Below, one piece after another: positions 1-13,330 of a stretch of DNA of 64,000 nucleotides. The number at the start of each line of letters is the position of its first letter. Position 1 is the first letter of the stretch. The DNA is from Tubiluchus corallicola (lineage: Eukaryota; Animalia; Priapulida): contig JAQGDQ010000201.1 in the NCBI GenBank assembly GCA_030141605.1, forward strand, positions 310,001 to 374,000. The letters are read 5' to 3'. The translations under genes and the position numbers were made by a program. Below the pieces are notes generated by a model that ran no database searches, had not been told where the DNA came from, and saw only the letters and a program-made list of their open reading frames with translations.

Positions 1-3000
1 GAGATGTTAGTATAACACTTTCGTCAGAGTTTTTCTGGCTACACGTAGCCTATGTATAACTTTAAAAAAGGATCGCATTTTAAGAAATAATAATTGTATC
101 GTTCAGCGCTACTACTTGTTTTACTATTTCGAAGAATCTCGTTAGCGGGAAACTAAATATTTGACAGTTTAACGTTTTGCGTTAACAGACAAATAAGTGC
201 TGTGATCACTCACAGGACTGTGAACAGTGTGACACGCATTATTCACTCAGTTGTGTGTCATGTCTTTTTAAATGTACCAAATAACTTGATTAGCCCACGA
301 TCCTTGGGATTTGTTCACTAGTAACTTTTGCATTTTACTTATCTTAGTATTTTCCTTAATTTTACCATGTCTTAGTGTATAAATGCATCTGCTAGCCCTA
401 GAGCGAATTTGCCAAATTTCAAAAAAGGATGGCGCCACATACATTGACACAATTCTTGGTTATTACAGCTCACTTGGCGAAGAGCTCGAGACTCGCGAGC
501 AACGACACTAGTTGACCATAGATTGTGTGCATGCGTGTAGTTAATAAAGATTTTATTTGAAATCGATATTATGCATAGTAATTTAATTTGCCTGAGCAAC
601 TACGACACTGTTTAATGGGTTATAACAGCTTTGTAGAAATTATACTGCTGTATGAAGAAGAGTAGAACTGTAATTAATGCAGTCTGTAGACTGCAGCGAT
701 AAATGATTACACCAGCACTTAATGTCAGTGTTTAGTTATGTGTTTCAAACTAGACAAAATATTAATTAAAATCTTGCTTCGATTGATTTTGTAACTTTAA
801 ATGGTCTGGTCAAATCAACCAATAATAAGAGCCTAAAGCCGAACTTTCACACAAACCCTTGAACGACAATCTCTCTTCTCACTCTCAACTCGATGTATGA
901 ACGAAAAACAGCCTTGCTCGGTGTTTACTAAAACATAAAATATTAAAATTATTATTTTGTTTGTAAAAATTAATTGGGTCTAAATAAATATTGACTTACT
1001 ATAAATGCGTGCACCCTCATAACCTCATCTAGGTTGAAAAATTCTAAGTGAGCACAAGATAAGTCAACGACGTATACTGCTTCAAAGTCAAAATAGAGGG
1101 TCCCACTGGACATAAACCCGCAGAAGCCCTATTACACAAATTTACATTACATTAAAAACTGTCAGCGTATCGCAATGTGGCTATTGCACGCTGGTATTAT
1201 TTATGATCTTGCACATCATATCATTTATGAGGCGCTATAAACCACAGTTTTCATTATATATAGTGTAATGCAAGCCCGCGTTTCATGCCTTGATACGATG
1301 TACTCGATATAATATGTTAGTATTTTATGTAGTGGGCAAAGCACCTTTGACAGTAACAAAAGCTATATGTAATCGTTATTAGAAAAACAACCTTGTTACA
1401 TTAAGTCATATTATATAGTTCATGCTAATATTAACAGGTATATTTTAATAAGTCGCCAAGTCAACTGAATGGTACTATACTCTAAAATCCTTTTGTCCTG
1501 AGGTAGAAACCTACTTAATATGTCTGTATAATTACCTCTAATCAGTAATCCATGATTAGTAAGTGGGAAAGTGTCCAAGCGTGCCAAATGCAGAAGCGAA
1601 AAAATCTTTGTCACTCAAGTCTTGTGCATTATTGGTAGCACATATAGGATTGGTGGCTTTGGCAAAATACAGCGGTATTGTTATGCTTAGGTCGGCCTTT
1701 TAAAATTTTAAAAACTACATGTAGTTAAATCTAAGTGAATTACTAAATAATTAATTACCGCTTTTGTGTCGCTTACACTAGTGCATTTTTCTTTCATATA
1801 AATATGTATCATTGTGGACGAGATTCAAGCAAATAATTTAAATGCAGTATGCTAAATGTTTTTACTGGTAAACGCCCCAGTGGAGAGTAAAATTTCTCTG
1901 GCACATCCAATTAATAAATATGAAAAGCCAAACAAAATATCTGATTTTTGTGTCGACCAAAAATTTAAAAAAGGATAACAATCAGTAGAGCAACATATTA
2001 AAATTTAAGAATAAACAATTAATAATCACGTAGGAGTTAAATCAGTTCATAAATAAGCTTAATTTAAAGGATTTTTTAGCCCAAAATCTGCAATACAGTT
2101 TCAATTAGCTATTCCGAATTGATGAGTATCATTTCTTAATTCGAAAACGCCTAGTATTATTATAATTATGAAAAAATTTCAAAGACAGCACATATTAACA
2201 TGTAAATGCGGAAAATTCACTTTTTAATAATTTTTATTTTACTATCTGCAAGGTCTGATGCCCAAGGCCAGCAATTATAGTTAACGCTTGTAATTTAACT
2301 ATTATATTGCATAACTTTATCATTTAATGGCCTAGTTTCTCACACCTAAAGTTCGCACGCTAGTTCATATCTCCTACATAGGTATTATGATCTTCGAATG
2401 TTCGTACTGTTATATCCCATAAAATCAGTAGACTGCGACCGACAGTCATAACCCTTTTTAAGTGTAGAAACTTGGTGGCAGATTCAGAAGCGAAACACAT
2501 AAAACCAAGCACCCCGCAAAGGAAAAATTAAAGCATGTGCACAAGAATATTCACCACTTTTATTTCCCTTTGCCAGTCTGCAGGTATTTGGTTGATCTTG
2601 TAATTTTTTTGTATTGATTTTCACTTTGAGAGCCCTCTCTTCGAGATAAACACCGTAACACTTTCTTACCCTGGGGACGAGCGCGGTTCGAAACTTAGAT
2701 TTACGAGCAATCATTAGAATGGCTGCTCGCATAGAGAACGCAAGAATCTCTACCAGGTGTTAGCAATAACGCCCCAGCTACAGCAAGCAAAACCAGTAAC
2801 CCTTGCCAAAATTTTGCATACAAAACAAAGAAACTTTGCAGCAGATAAATGTTCTATTTCAGTTTTTTGGTACCCACATCTGGCGAAGTACTGAGACACA
2901 AAAAGACAGCTGCTGCCTATATGAATTGAGCGATGTCATATGCATACAAGGTCCATAATATTTTGATTTCCATTGTTGGAATAACAGTGTAAAATGTAGA

Positions 3001-4055
3001 ATGGATTGATTAGCCCATTCTGGATGTGTTTGGTGATTTTAATAGGATCACTTGGTTCAAGGGCACTTATAACTTAGCCATAAAAACGGGTTGAAATACA
3101 TGGATAATATGAGGTAAGTGACACAGACAGGTGAAGAAAGGAAAAAATGAAAAGTTGAATGTTTTTTCTTGGGACAAGCACACAATGGGCAGTACAATCA
3201 CAAACGTCGAAAAGTGACACTTCATTGTGCTATATCATGTTTTATATTTTACAGTAATATCACAGAAGTCAACAAAACAGGACACTATACACAATGTTAC
3301 ATTCACATAATGAACACAAATACTGGTCTGCTTAGAAAAATACAAATACAATATTTCATTGCCAATTCTATTTGAACTCATTAACAACTTGTAAAGTCAA
3401 GACACTATAATAAAAATTTATTTTTTAATAATAATAATAGCGATGATTATTAAAAAATTCGACGGTTAAAACAATGAAAAAGCATAACGTTTTCATGTTG
3501 TCAAAAAAGAAGGGGAAATCACATAAGGACATTAATATAGTCATTTTTGTTTTTTTTATATTATTTGCAAATAAAAACATCACACTGATGTTTTTATTTG
3601 TAAATAATATAAAAAACAAACAAAAATTAGTACTAGTATCTTCATGTGATTTTTCCCTTTTTCTTTTTTTGACACCTGATAAACTGCCACTGAGGTTAAG
3701 ACACGTTCTGCTTTTTCATTGTTTTATTAATTAGGTTATTACAGTGAATGCTATAACATCAATTATTTTATTGTTCCATTGTTTCAATTGTAGTTATTTT
3801 TAATAACAAGACACTATATAGTCTAGAAGTTTCCAGTTGGAGTTGAACGGAAATCTAGCCTAGCAAATTTGACAATGTTTCTTAATTTCGTATTTTACAA
3901 GTATCTGTCATGATTTCAATTACTGCAAACAGATACAAGTATGTAACACATATTCACATAATAAAAATATGACACACAATAAAAATATCTTTATAATAGA
4001 AACAATAAACGTATTTACAGTAAAATGGCACATATTTACAGATTTAACACTGACG

Positions 4056-7000
4056 TCACCGACTCACTAATAATGCAAGAATGGCCAACAGTGTTTGTAG
4101 TATCAAACTATACATTTTGATTTTAGTCAGTATGGATGCTGCACTGTTCAGGCTTGTCCTATTTGGCATATTGCCCATTAATTCTGGACTGAGAGACCAC
4201 ACATCGGTCATGGCAGACCTTGCTGCCTCAACAAAATCCGTGTCGCCTGTGGTTATTAAATCAAACACGCACGAGTCAAAGAAATAATCGGTGACATTGT
4301 GCTGCCGACATTTTAAAATGGCCTCATCGACAGACATGTTCAACACGTCCTCATGCACCACTTCACTGGCCAACTGGTCTGGATTGGACAAGAAATACTG
4401 ATGGTTTATTCTCTGAGATGGAGGGCAACCAGTTGAACACAACTCCAAACCTTCATGACTAGTTCTCATCAACTTCTCAGGCATTTTCACGGCCAGCGTG
4501 AGGTAACGTCCAATCTGCCGTATGATGACTGTTGTCCCAATAAACCGAGCATAAATAACAACATGCTCACCGGGTACCACCTGTTCCAGGTAAAGGGACC
4601 CGTCTGGTCCGCTACCCTGACTACCATCCACAAATGCTACGGGTAAACTGTCCACTTCTGCTTGATAGTACTTCTCTTCTGCACATGCTGGGTGCTCTTT
4701 CACAATTACTGTCAGCTGAAATAACAACAATAATCATTAATTTTAGGAATAGGGCACCATGTTTGTTTTTGCTCAACTCATTCGCCCCAAAGTCGCCTGC
4801 TGGACACGACATGATCACAAAAGCTAACCAAAACCTCACATATTGGATGGCTAGAACGTGTTCTTACAACATGGGCAAGACTTGCTCCTAACTTTTATTT
4901 CAGCGCTACCACAGAACAGATATTATTTAAATTAATAATACTAAATTAAAATTTTTTGTTTTCAAGTTATAAGTAATAATAAGTTACATAAAACTTTAGC
5001 TTTAAATCCAATTCTGCAATGGAGTAAAAGAAAAAAATCCTTCCTCAAGGCTCACTAGGGGAGCAAAGCTGGAAAATGAATGTACCAGTATTTTTTTTGC
5101 AATTTTGCTGTACCTGTGATTTTGTGTATGATAACAATTAGTAACTAAATTTTCAGAAAACAATAACACAATCTAGCTGCCAGTTACAAGTTCTAGGTTC
5201 TATTTGTGCACTTGTTATTATAAGAATCATTCCAGTTTGATTTGCATATAAGATGACTTCGAGAACTCACCAATTAATAACTTCTCATTAAATCATTCAG
5301 CAAATTGACACAAAGTCTTACGTGCCACACATCAACGCAGGACACAACCATAGTGGCTCAAAATATTTTCACAGCTGACAGTTTCTTAGATTGTAATTAT
5401 ACAGTTTAATTCCTAATGGAATTTATGAAACGCCCAGTTTATAATAACTTCAGCATACATGTTATACAGAGTTGTGTCTGTGTATCCTTATGGACGTTAT
5501 GGTAGACAGAAAAGGAAACGAAACAGGCCTACTCTATTTGCATAAAACATTCTTGATCAAAGAGTTTTAATAAAACCAAAGGCATCTCCAGCATTTACAG
5601 AGCTCTAATAGCCAGATTATTGGGCCACGACTTGCAACTCTAACGAAGACCCTACACGCGCTGCAGTGCGGCTTCAATATTTTATTTATAGACAGCACGT
5701 AACAGTTTACAGTTCATTGAGGCATCAAAGCGCAATTTAACGAACCATATATTATTCTAATGTACATGGTTGTGGCGGTACAGATATCTAGTCCATTATG
5801 TATAATACGTTTATTTCGCCTAGATGCATTTGGGCACATACTTTCTGACGTGATTATAATGACGACCAGTTAAGATTATTCCACACACGAGCTAATGCAC
5901 TATGTATGAAATTTTATTATTGTTCAAAAGAAGTAAAATGTATCTTGATGAAATCGTACTACAGTGCAATTTACTGTAGCAGCATATGGTTATCCTATAG
6001 GAGATATAATATTGCGAAGCTCAAATCGGTGTATAATGTTGATTTTCGTAATTTTTTTAAACATTACGAAATAGGTACGAGAGCGTCTTATGTGTATGCA
6101 CATAATATAGTTCCACACGTTAAAGTATTAATAACACCAGAGCTGATATAACTTAAGAAATTGCATACTTGCAAGTAAAAATTACATTATAACTAGTGGT
6201 TGTATAAACGCCGATGTGTTGTAGAGTCACTGTTTCTTAAAAACTGGCAAACGATATTATGTGATGATTTTAAGTTGGAAATTTTAATCTGTTTTATCAA
6301 TAATTTTTATGTGTGTTGTAACTAGATGTAATATGGTATTATGTGTACTGAACTAAAATAAAATCTAATAATTTAATTGACTGTTGAAAAGACAAGCCAA
6401 TCATATACTGCAGGACACACTGACGGTGGCAAATAATTTTTGAATAAATTGGATAGTAGTCTGGTTATGTCAGTACATCTTTTCATTTCTGTACCATCAT
6501 CAACCTGTTTACACTTTAAAATAACAGAAGTATCTAAGATAGACTCAGTAATTTACGTTTATAAAACATCCAAATCTTGACTAAACACCAACAGCTTTTA
6601 GTAAAGTGAAGTTGGTTGACTAGTGAGTGAATCAGACGATACTGCAGCGATTGAATAGCGTGCTAGCAATGCAAGAACTTTCAAGCAATTAAGATATTGA
6701 TCAATGCATACATCTTGCTAGCGCATAATACAGTCAACATAAGACGCTTGAAATGAGAACATCGTATGAATAATATAGCCAGTCACAATGATACATTAGT
6801 GTCATTTTGATAGATATTTTTTTAAATTTCTGCTATCCACCTCTACCTCATCTAAAGAAAATCTTGTGACTCTAGAGTTTAGAAACAGCGGAACAATGCA
6901 AAAACTGATTTTGTTATAGATTACAAAATATAGGATTAAGTATGGGTGACGGTGACTTAGGAAAATAAAAAACTCTGCGTGGCAAATTCGTGCATCCATG

Positions 7001-10000
7001 AAATATCTTTCTCCATTTTTGTGCAAACAGTAAATTTAAACATTTTATGCGTGTGCTATAATCCGGCAAGGTCCTCTCAGTAAGTGTAATAATGACATTA
7101 TAAATGCAAAGGAATCACTGAATCCAGCAAAAATGCTTGAAAATGAAACTATAGGCAATCAATATATAAAAACCAGAAAATAGATGAATAATGACTTGGC
7201 TACTAATCAGATACACAAGAATCTCAAGCCCTCAAAAATTCAGTTGCACAAATCTAGTGTACTCGCCTTCTGCGGGCAGTTTTGGCAGTTTGTATGATAC
7301 AGTAGCAAAGTTAATGGAGTAATCTACACTAGATTTATCTTACGCCTCAAGCATTCCGCTTTGCACTTCAACGCTACACTATACCAGTAAGCGCTTAGCT
7401 TTAACCCTGAAGCAACCACTACACATTGCAATGCAATTTAGGAAGCCTGAAACGCTTTTGGCAACCAACTTCTAGTTCGTGGTCTAGGTTTAGAATGAGG
7501 CGCTCCAATCACCCGCATTACGACAACTTAAATTACGAAAGCGAACCGTTTTGTAGAAGCATTTGAGACACGGGGTACGTGAAACAAATGATCGTATAAC
7601 ATGTGAAATTGTATTTTCTTCCCCACTAGTGACCGGTAATAAAGGTCACAGAAAAAAGTTATGGAAAAAGTCACAATTTTGGCCAGGAAAGAAAGTCAGG
7701 TAACCAAACAAAAATATTCAATTCAGTCTTTATTTATTTAAGTACCACATTTGTTAAAGTAATAAAACAGAAAATATTTTAAATCAGTTATTAGCTGGCA
7801 CTTGTACATATTGACAACACTATTTCTACACGATGGCATTACATGAATACGTGTGAAAAACATCACGTTTTGTTCAATATCTTAAGGTTAGATTTAGGGT
7901 TTATTTCTTTTTCTTCCGTAACTTGTTTCTGTGACTTTATTACCTGGATTACCCCTACCTCCCCCCCCCCGTCCAGAGAGATTTCCACTTTCGAGTCTGT
8001 CTCAACGTAAGCGTACGTAACAGACATAGTCGTAGTGTATGTATAATGACTGCTAACCTGGTATCCTAAACAAATTGCACAAACTTAATATCTATAGCAA
8101 ACTTTGATAACTTAGGATTTACTGGAACTCGCTGGCGCTCGACTGTCATGAATCAGCTTTTTCTCATACTCATCAAAGTACACACAGCATAGGAATACGG
8201 ACATTTGCCAATGTTCCCATTGAAACGCGCAGAATCGCCGATGATGCGATTTTAATGCTTTTCAAAGAAATATCATTTTTGCTTATCCGCCAACCCGTAA
8301 AATAAGGAGAAAGGCAATAAAGCAGTAGTTTTTGCCTACTTCTGCGCGTCAATGGTGTCTACTGGAATAAATTTTATCTGGACTGAATTTTACATCATAG
8401 GCAAACGATCGATAAAATGGCCAACTCACCCCGCCTTGTATGCGAAGAAGTAATTATAAAATTTTTCCAAGCCAAAATTGCGTTTTCAACATTGCAGTGT
8501 TTTAACATCGTCAATTAATTTTAATGCACAAAACGTCGACAGTCGGATTCGAACTGGAAGAAGAGTTTCTGTCAGTTTAATTATAACGTGAAGTGGCGCT
8601 CGTTGTGCGTTCTAGAAAAAATTATAAATGCAATAATTAATGATTGTATTAGCAACTGCCAGAGTTTAAATATTTGGCTTAAACTTAGACTTGTTTTTAT
8701 TTGATCGTTTAAAGTTTAAACTCCTTTAAAGCTTCAAAAGCTTAAATAAATCATCATGCTTTCTCGAATACAAAATGCCAGATGACTTGATTCAGGCAGA
8801 TAAAAATAAAAAGAATAGGTTGACGAAAACTAGACAATGACAAGCTTTGACAGACCTATGTTAGCAGTTTAACAAGGTTCCAGACTTTTTTGAACTATTG
8901 TATCTGAATGATTAAAATAATTACAATTATAATACCATTACAATAAGTTGCTAAATGTAAACGAAAGATAAACAAAATGCTAAAACTTCAGTTAGCTATG
9001 AATGATGCAATCAGACAACTACCCCCATAAAAACAACGCAAAGAAGTTACGTTTCTGTGCCAAACACACCTCGCATCAATACTCGTCCTGGGAATCAGTC
9101 AACCATTCACTGAAAAGATATGAAGCTGCGTCTCAAGTAAACGTTTTTATTTGCACTGATAGTGTTTAATTAATTTCCAACACCCACGTTGCAACAGTAG
9201 TTGTTGATAAACTAATAACAATACAAGCCAGTAATAGAAAGCGGCATTACTAGTGCTGTTCTTTAAGTAAATCAATTCGGATTTTAAAAAACTGCCATTG
9301 CTGTTTAGTATTACCTATTAACTAACTACGAGCACGAGATGTGAGAAAAAGTAAAATTCTGAACTGATTTCCCTAGGACTGGCAGTATAGTACTATCAGG
9401 ATTTTATAATAAATTTTTCTTCTCTAAATGGGAAATGGATAAGAATCGTGAATAAAACATTATCCTAATTCTTTATTTGAGTTAATAGGAAGAACAAATA
9501 CTCTGACTCTATAATGAAATTACTACATACGAAAGTAGTGAATTTTAAATGTTTACTTTTGCGGTTTTTAACATCTTTTACTCAAAATAAGGAAAAGTAA
9601 AGGCGCTCAATTACAGGGGTACAGTAGTTTGATTATCTAAATATGTGTAATAATACCAATAATTGCTAGGCCCTTATTCAAATTATAATGTCTTAAATGC
9701 TTTAATGGAAACAGCTTGTTGAGATTTAATTATTAGATGTTTCGAAAATACTGAAAGCAATTTTAGAGGTCTGGGGAGCACCATAATCCAGCACTTTTTG
9801 TATTAATTTTTCACTGGAAGCTACCAAATGAAATTTGAAAGATTTGCACCCCTTGTTGTGTTTGTTGCCTTCTCAAATTACATAATTTTAATTTTGGATA
9901 AGGACCAAAGTTGATCCCAGTTCCCAAAGTGCACATTTTAAAATTATAATAAATTATCACAGTCATATACTCGCATCACGCATAACATATGTAATTTAAG

Positions 10001-11687
10001 TTTGGTATAGCTAGAGTCCATGTAGTACACTGATAATATATATGATCGGCCCTACACTGATTAGCCCTAAAAAGGAAATTCGAATGCCAATTAATATTTC
10101 ACCTTATGTTATAAAAGTTATAAGATGCGATTGAAAAACCCAAAGAAACAATTGGTAAATCTTTGAAAAACACAAGTCTAAATCACCATACTAAATCTTG
10201 TTTTTTTAGTAAACTAGCTTAAAAAGGATAAAAAACAAATAAGTGAAGTTGGGTGATGTGCATTTTGCCTTTTACACTAATCCCATAATTAACCAGCAGT
10301 ACTAAGTCCCAAGACTTGAAAATTTGTCTGGGATCCCTGGCCCGTGATACAAAGCTCAAGCCCCTATATACAGTGCTCAAACAACTTTTGTATTAACAGT
10401 CATTTCAATGTAGATTTAAACACCATTTCAGACTAAACATAGTTTTTAGGATCTAAACTTAATTAAAAGCAGCTAAACATGGATACATACAGGTTCGAAT
10501 AGACAAAACAGACCCAGACACCATGAACCTAGAAAGTTTACACCGATAATAGGTGCTCTATATATATATATATATATATATATATCAAACTTCCACACAA
10601 ATCTAGCGCATAGGTGTGAAACTCAAAATCAGATTCTGACACACTTTCCAAACACTGTTGCAGGACAAAATTAACTATAAGTCATCTCTGAGTTTTATCG
10701 ACATATTGCCATATTGCACAATTGTATGAATAGAACTTCTAAGACCATGAATATAGAGTTCATTAGCATGCCCACTAGTGCATGGCTAATTTAATGCAAG
10801 TTTGGCAGATAGTAATATTATCAAAATTAACTAAACATTCAGAAAGACATAATTTGACAAAACACTTCTACTACCATCACTATGTTTTAAAGGACAATAA
10901 GAATAAATTTAATAGTTTTTTTAAAAACTCACCTTTGATGTTGCAGTAACTGTTGCACTGCTGCCACCAGCAACAGCCTCATTAGTTGCTTGCACTAGCA
11001 AGTGATCATTAGCAACAACTGGCCAAGCACCTAACACTTTACAAGTGTAGAATTTTCCAGTGAACGTCCGAATATGTGGATCACCAAACAAACCACAATG
11101 TACATACTCCATGTCTGGTTCTTCCACTTCTAAATTACATATTGATGATTCAGTAGGCACTGGCGTGTGCAACATGTTTTCGTCTTGATACAAGTGGCTA
11201 TGTGAAAGCACATAAGAACAGTTGTACTCTTTATTCCAGGCAGTGACATAGGTAGACCTGGTGTGATATCGAATATTACCCCTACAACCACGGGATGACT
11301 CACGTAAACACTCCGAATATGCGCTAAGCACTTGACAGTGCTGTAAATTAGCGCTTTGCGCAATCTGATACATATCCATAGAATCCTGATACTGGCGGTC
11401 ACAATGATCGAATTTACAACCTCGTCCTGCAAAATAAAGCGCAAAATATTTAATAGCAATTACAGACTAGGACATTTACACGTTGAGCATCGCACACATG
11501 TACAGCACACGCAGCAACGGCCGCCATTATCGACAGTTCGCATGTTTACTCTAGCGTTCTTAACACAGTATTAAGGCTGCGCAAGTAATACTGTACCTTG
11601 TTCGGTGTAGGAAATCCTCAATAAAATAAGCACAAGAATCAAACAGCCAGGGCCTGGGCCAGGACTCTGGTACCGAAGTGGTCCCAT
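4056..11687 (-). CDS. RGM: Repulsive guidance molecule (RGM/hemojuvelin family), 3 coding exons: 11687-11597, 11426-10933, 4715-4056; 414 aa
   Basis: Exon 1 MGPLRYQSPGPGPGCLILVLILLRISYTEQ has a signal-peptide-like hydrophobic core. Exon 2 carries the Cys-rich N-domain (CQVLSAYSECLRESSRGCRGNIRYH) and CGLFGDPHIRTF autocleavage motif. Exon 3 has the RGM C-domain (YFFDSCVFDLITTGD) and a hydrophobic GPI-signal-like end. All junctions are GT-AG and in phase (1, 0); total 1245 nt. Confidence 0.95.
5820..6370 (+). mobile_element. 3' fragment of a non-LTR retrotransposon (RTE-X/CR1-group-like ORF2 C-terminus)
   Basis: TRANALCMKFYYCSKEVKCILMKSYYSAIYCSSIW...KLKSVYN..FR is a typical post-RT LINE motif. 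An AT-rich tail follows. Lies in RGM intron 2, antisense. Confidence 0.7.
7633..7947. mobile_element. MITE with about 35-bp imperfect terminal inverted repeats
   Basis: Left CCGGTAATAAAGGTCACAGAAAAAAGTTATGGAA versus reverse complement of right end CCAGGTAATAAAGTCACAGAAACAAGTTACGGAA. Confidence 0.7.
10559..10585. repeat. (TA)n microsatellite
   Basis: Perfect TA run. Confidence 0.95.
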
Positions 11688-12629
11688 CACCTACTCCTTC
11701 CATCCATGCACTACCGTGGTCAGAACGCTTTTCCTCACAACATAGCGAACATCGATATGCACTCTGAGTGCAAAACAATCGCAGCATCAATCAACATGTC
11801 ACACAAGCCAGTTAGGCAACAGTCTCGCGTTGAATCTGTTTACAAATCAGCCGAGGTTAGCAAATATCTAAACAGTTCATTTACTTAAATCGAAAGAACA
11901 TTACTGCAACAACTAGCCTCACACTAAATTCGACTGCGTTTTGTCTTTGCTGACTCGCCAGTAAATAAAACAATAAATTTGATTGTAGGTGGAGCCAACT
12001 GTCACAGGGGCCGTGGCTCCACCTCTACGGTGCTACTAGAAATAGTATCGGATATCGTGGAAGCTGTCAAGCTGTGCTCTAGCGCTTTGCTGCGATTGGA
12101 TGTCACAAAAAAAATTTGCTCGCCTCTGAAACAAAAATACTGAATGTAATTTCAAGCAGTTTATAGATTTTTATAGCGTTACATATTTTCTCGTGTCTAA
12201 ATCTAATACATATATGTCCTATTATTGGTACCACGCGTGGCTTGATAGACTACAACTATACAGGTTTGTGTAGGTAGACTTACCTATATAAATACAGACC
12301 TGTGATTTTTTGTTTTTCTCTTGTTTTTTATAACTTGTCATGCAGGGGAGTAAACTGAGTAACACTGGGTTGCAAAAATTTCGGTTTATAATTAGTGCTA
12401 GCCTATATTAGGCCTTGGCCAGGCCCAGAGTTAACTGCTGGATATAAGCTTATGATTTGGCTGTACATATTTTAATTCATCAAAGCACCTACGATGTCGT
12501 ACCTAAAGCAAGTCTAAGTATGTACTTACGAAAGCAGGCAGATTGGTAGTAGATAAACAGGTAGTTAGATGTGTTTGCTTGTCTTTTGTTGGCTGCTGGC
12601 CATCTAGCCCAGCAACTTGTCTGACCTGG

Positions 12630-13330
12630 TTAGTTTCATGAGTTAGTTAGTTGGTGGGTGGGTTGGTTGGTTTATCGGTCTGTTTTTTGGCTGATTAGTT
12701 GGTTGATTAATCGTTAGTTGCTGGTATTACCAATGAAGAGGAACTAAGTTCTGTTCAGTATGCAACTGTAAATGTGCCAACAACAAAGGATAACTCGCTA
12801 TCATAAATATCTTGAAGTTACAAAATATAAAAATCTCAATTAGAATGACCTCTGCAATAGGATTCAGTCTAAAACCAGACTTCCAGCAAAATCAGTAAAC
12901 GCTAACTCCGCTGAGACATTCCTGCAAGCGACACTCGGACATCAGAAGTCATGAAGCCATCTGGTACCCACTCAAGATTGTAAAATTTGTACGTTTTTAA
13001 ACGCAGACTAATAATCACACCCAGCAGCACCTTTACTCTGTTTTTGATATCCAGCGCACATTGTTTAGTGAACGCACAGGGCACGTTGACGTCACGCACC
13101 ATTCCAATTTAGCTGTTTCGAGGTTTTGGAATTAAAAATTGAAGATTAAATATTGCTGGTTGTTTGGTCGGATGATTGGTTGGTTTGTTGTTTGTTTATT
13201 TAGTTGGTTGGTTGGATGGATGGTTGATTGCTTGTTGATTAGTTGGGTAGTTAGTAGTTAGTTATAAAACTTCAGATGGACAGGTAGGCTAGGCATGGTT
13301 GATTAGTTTAGGTTGATTAGGTTGTTAGCC
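12630..13330. repeat. Two degenerate (GGTT/AGTT)n tracts (about 12630-12720 and 13140-13330) flanking a unique GC-richer block
   Basis: GTTAGTTAGTTGGTGGGTGGGTTGGTTGG and TTGGTTGGTTGGATGGATGG type runs. Confidence 0.7.
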
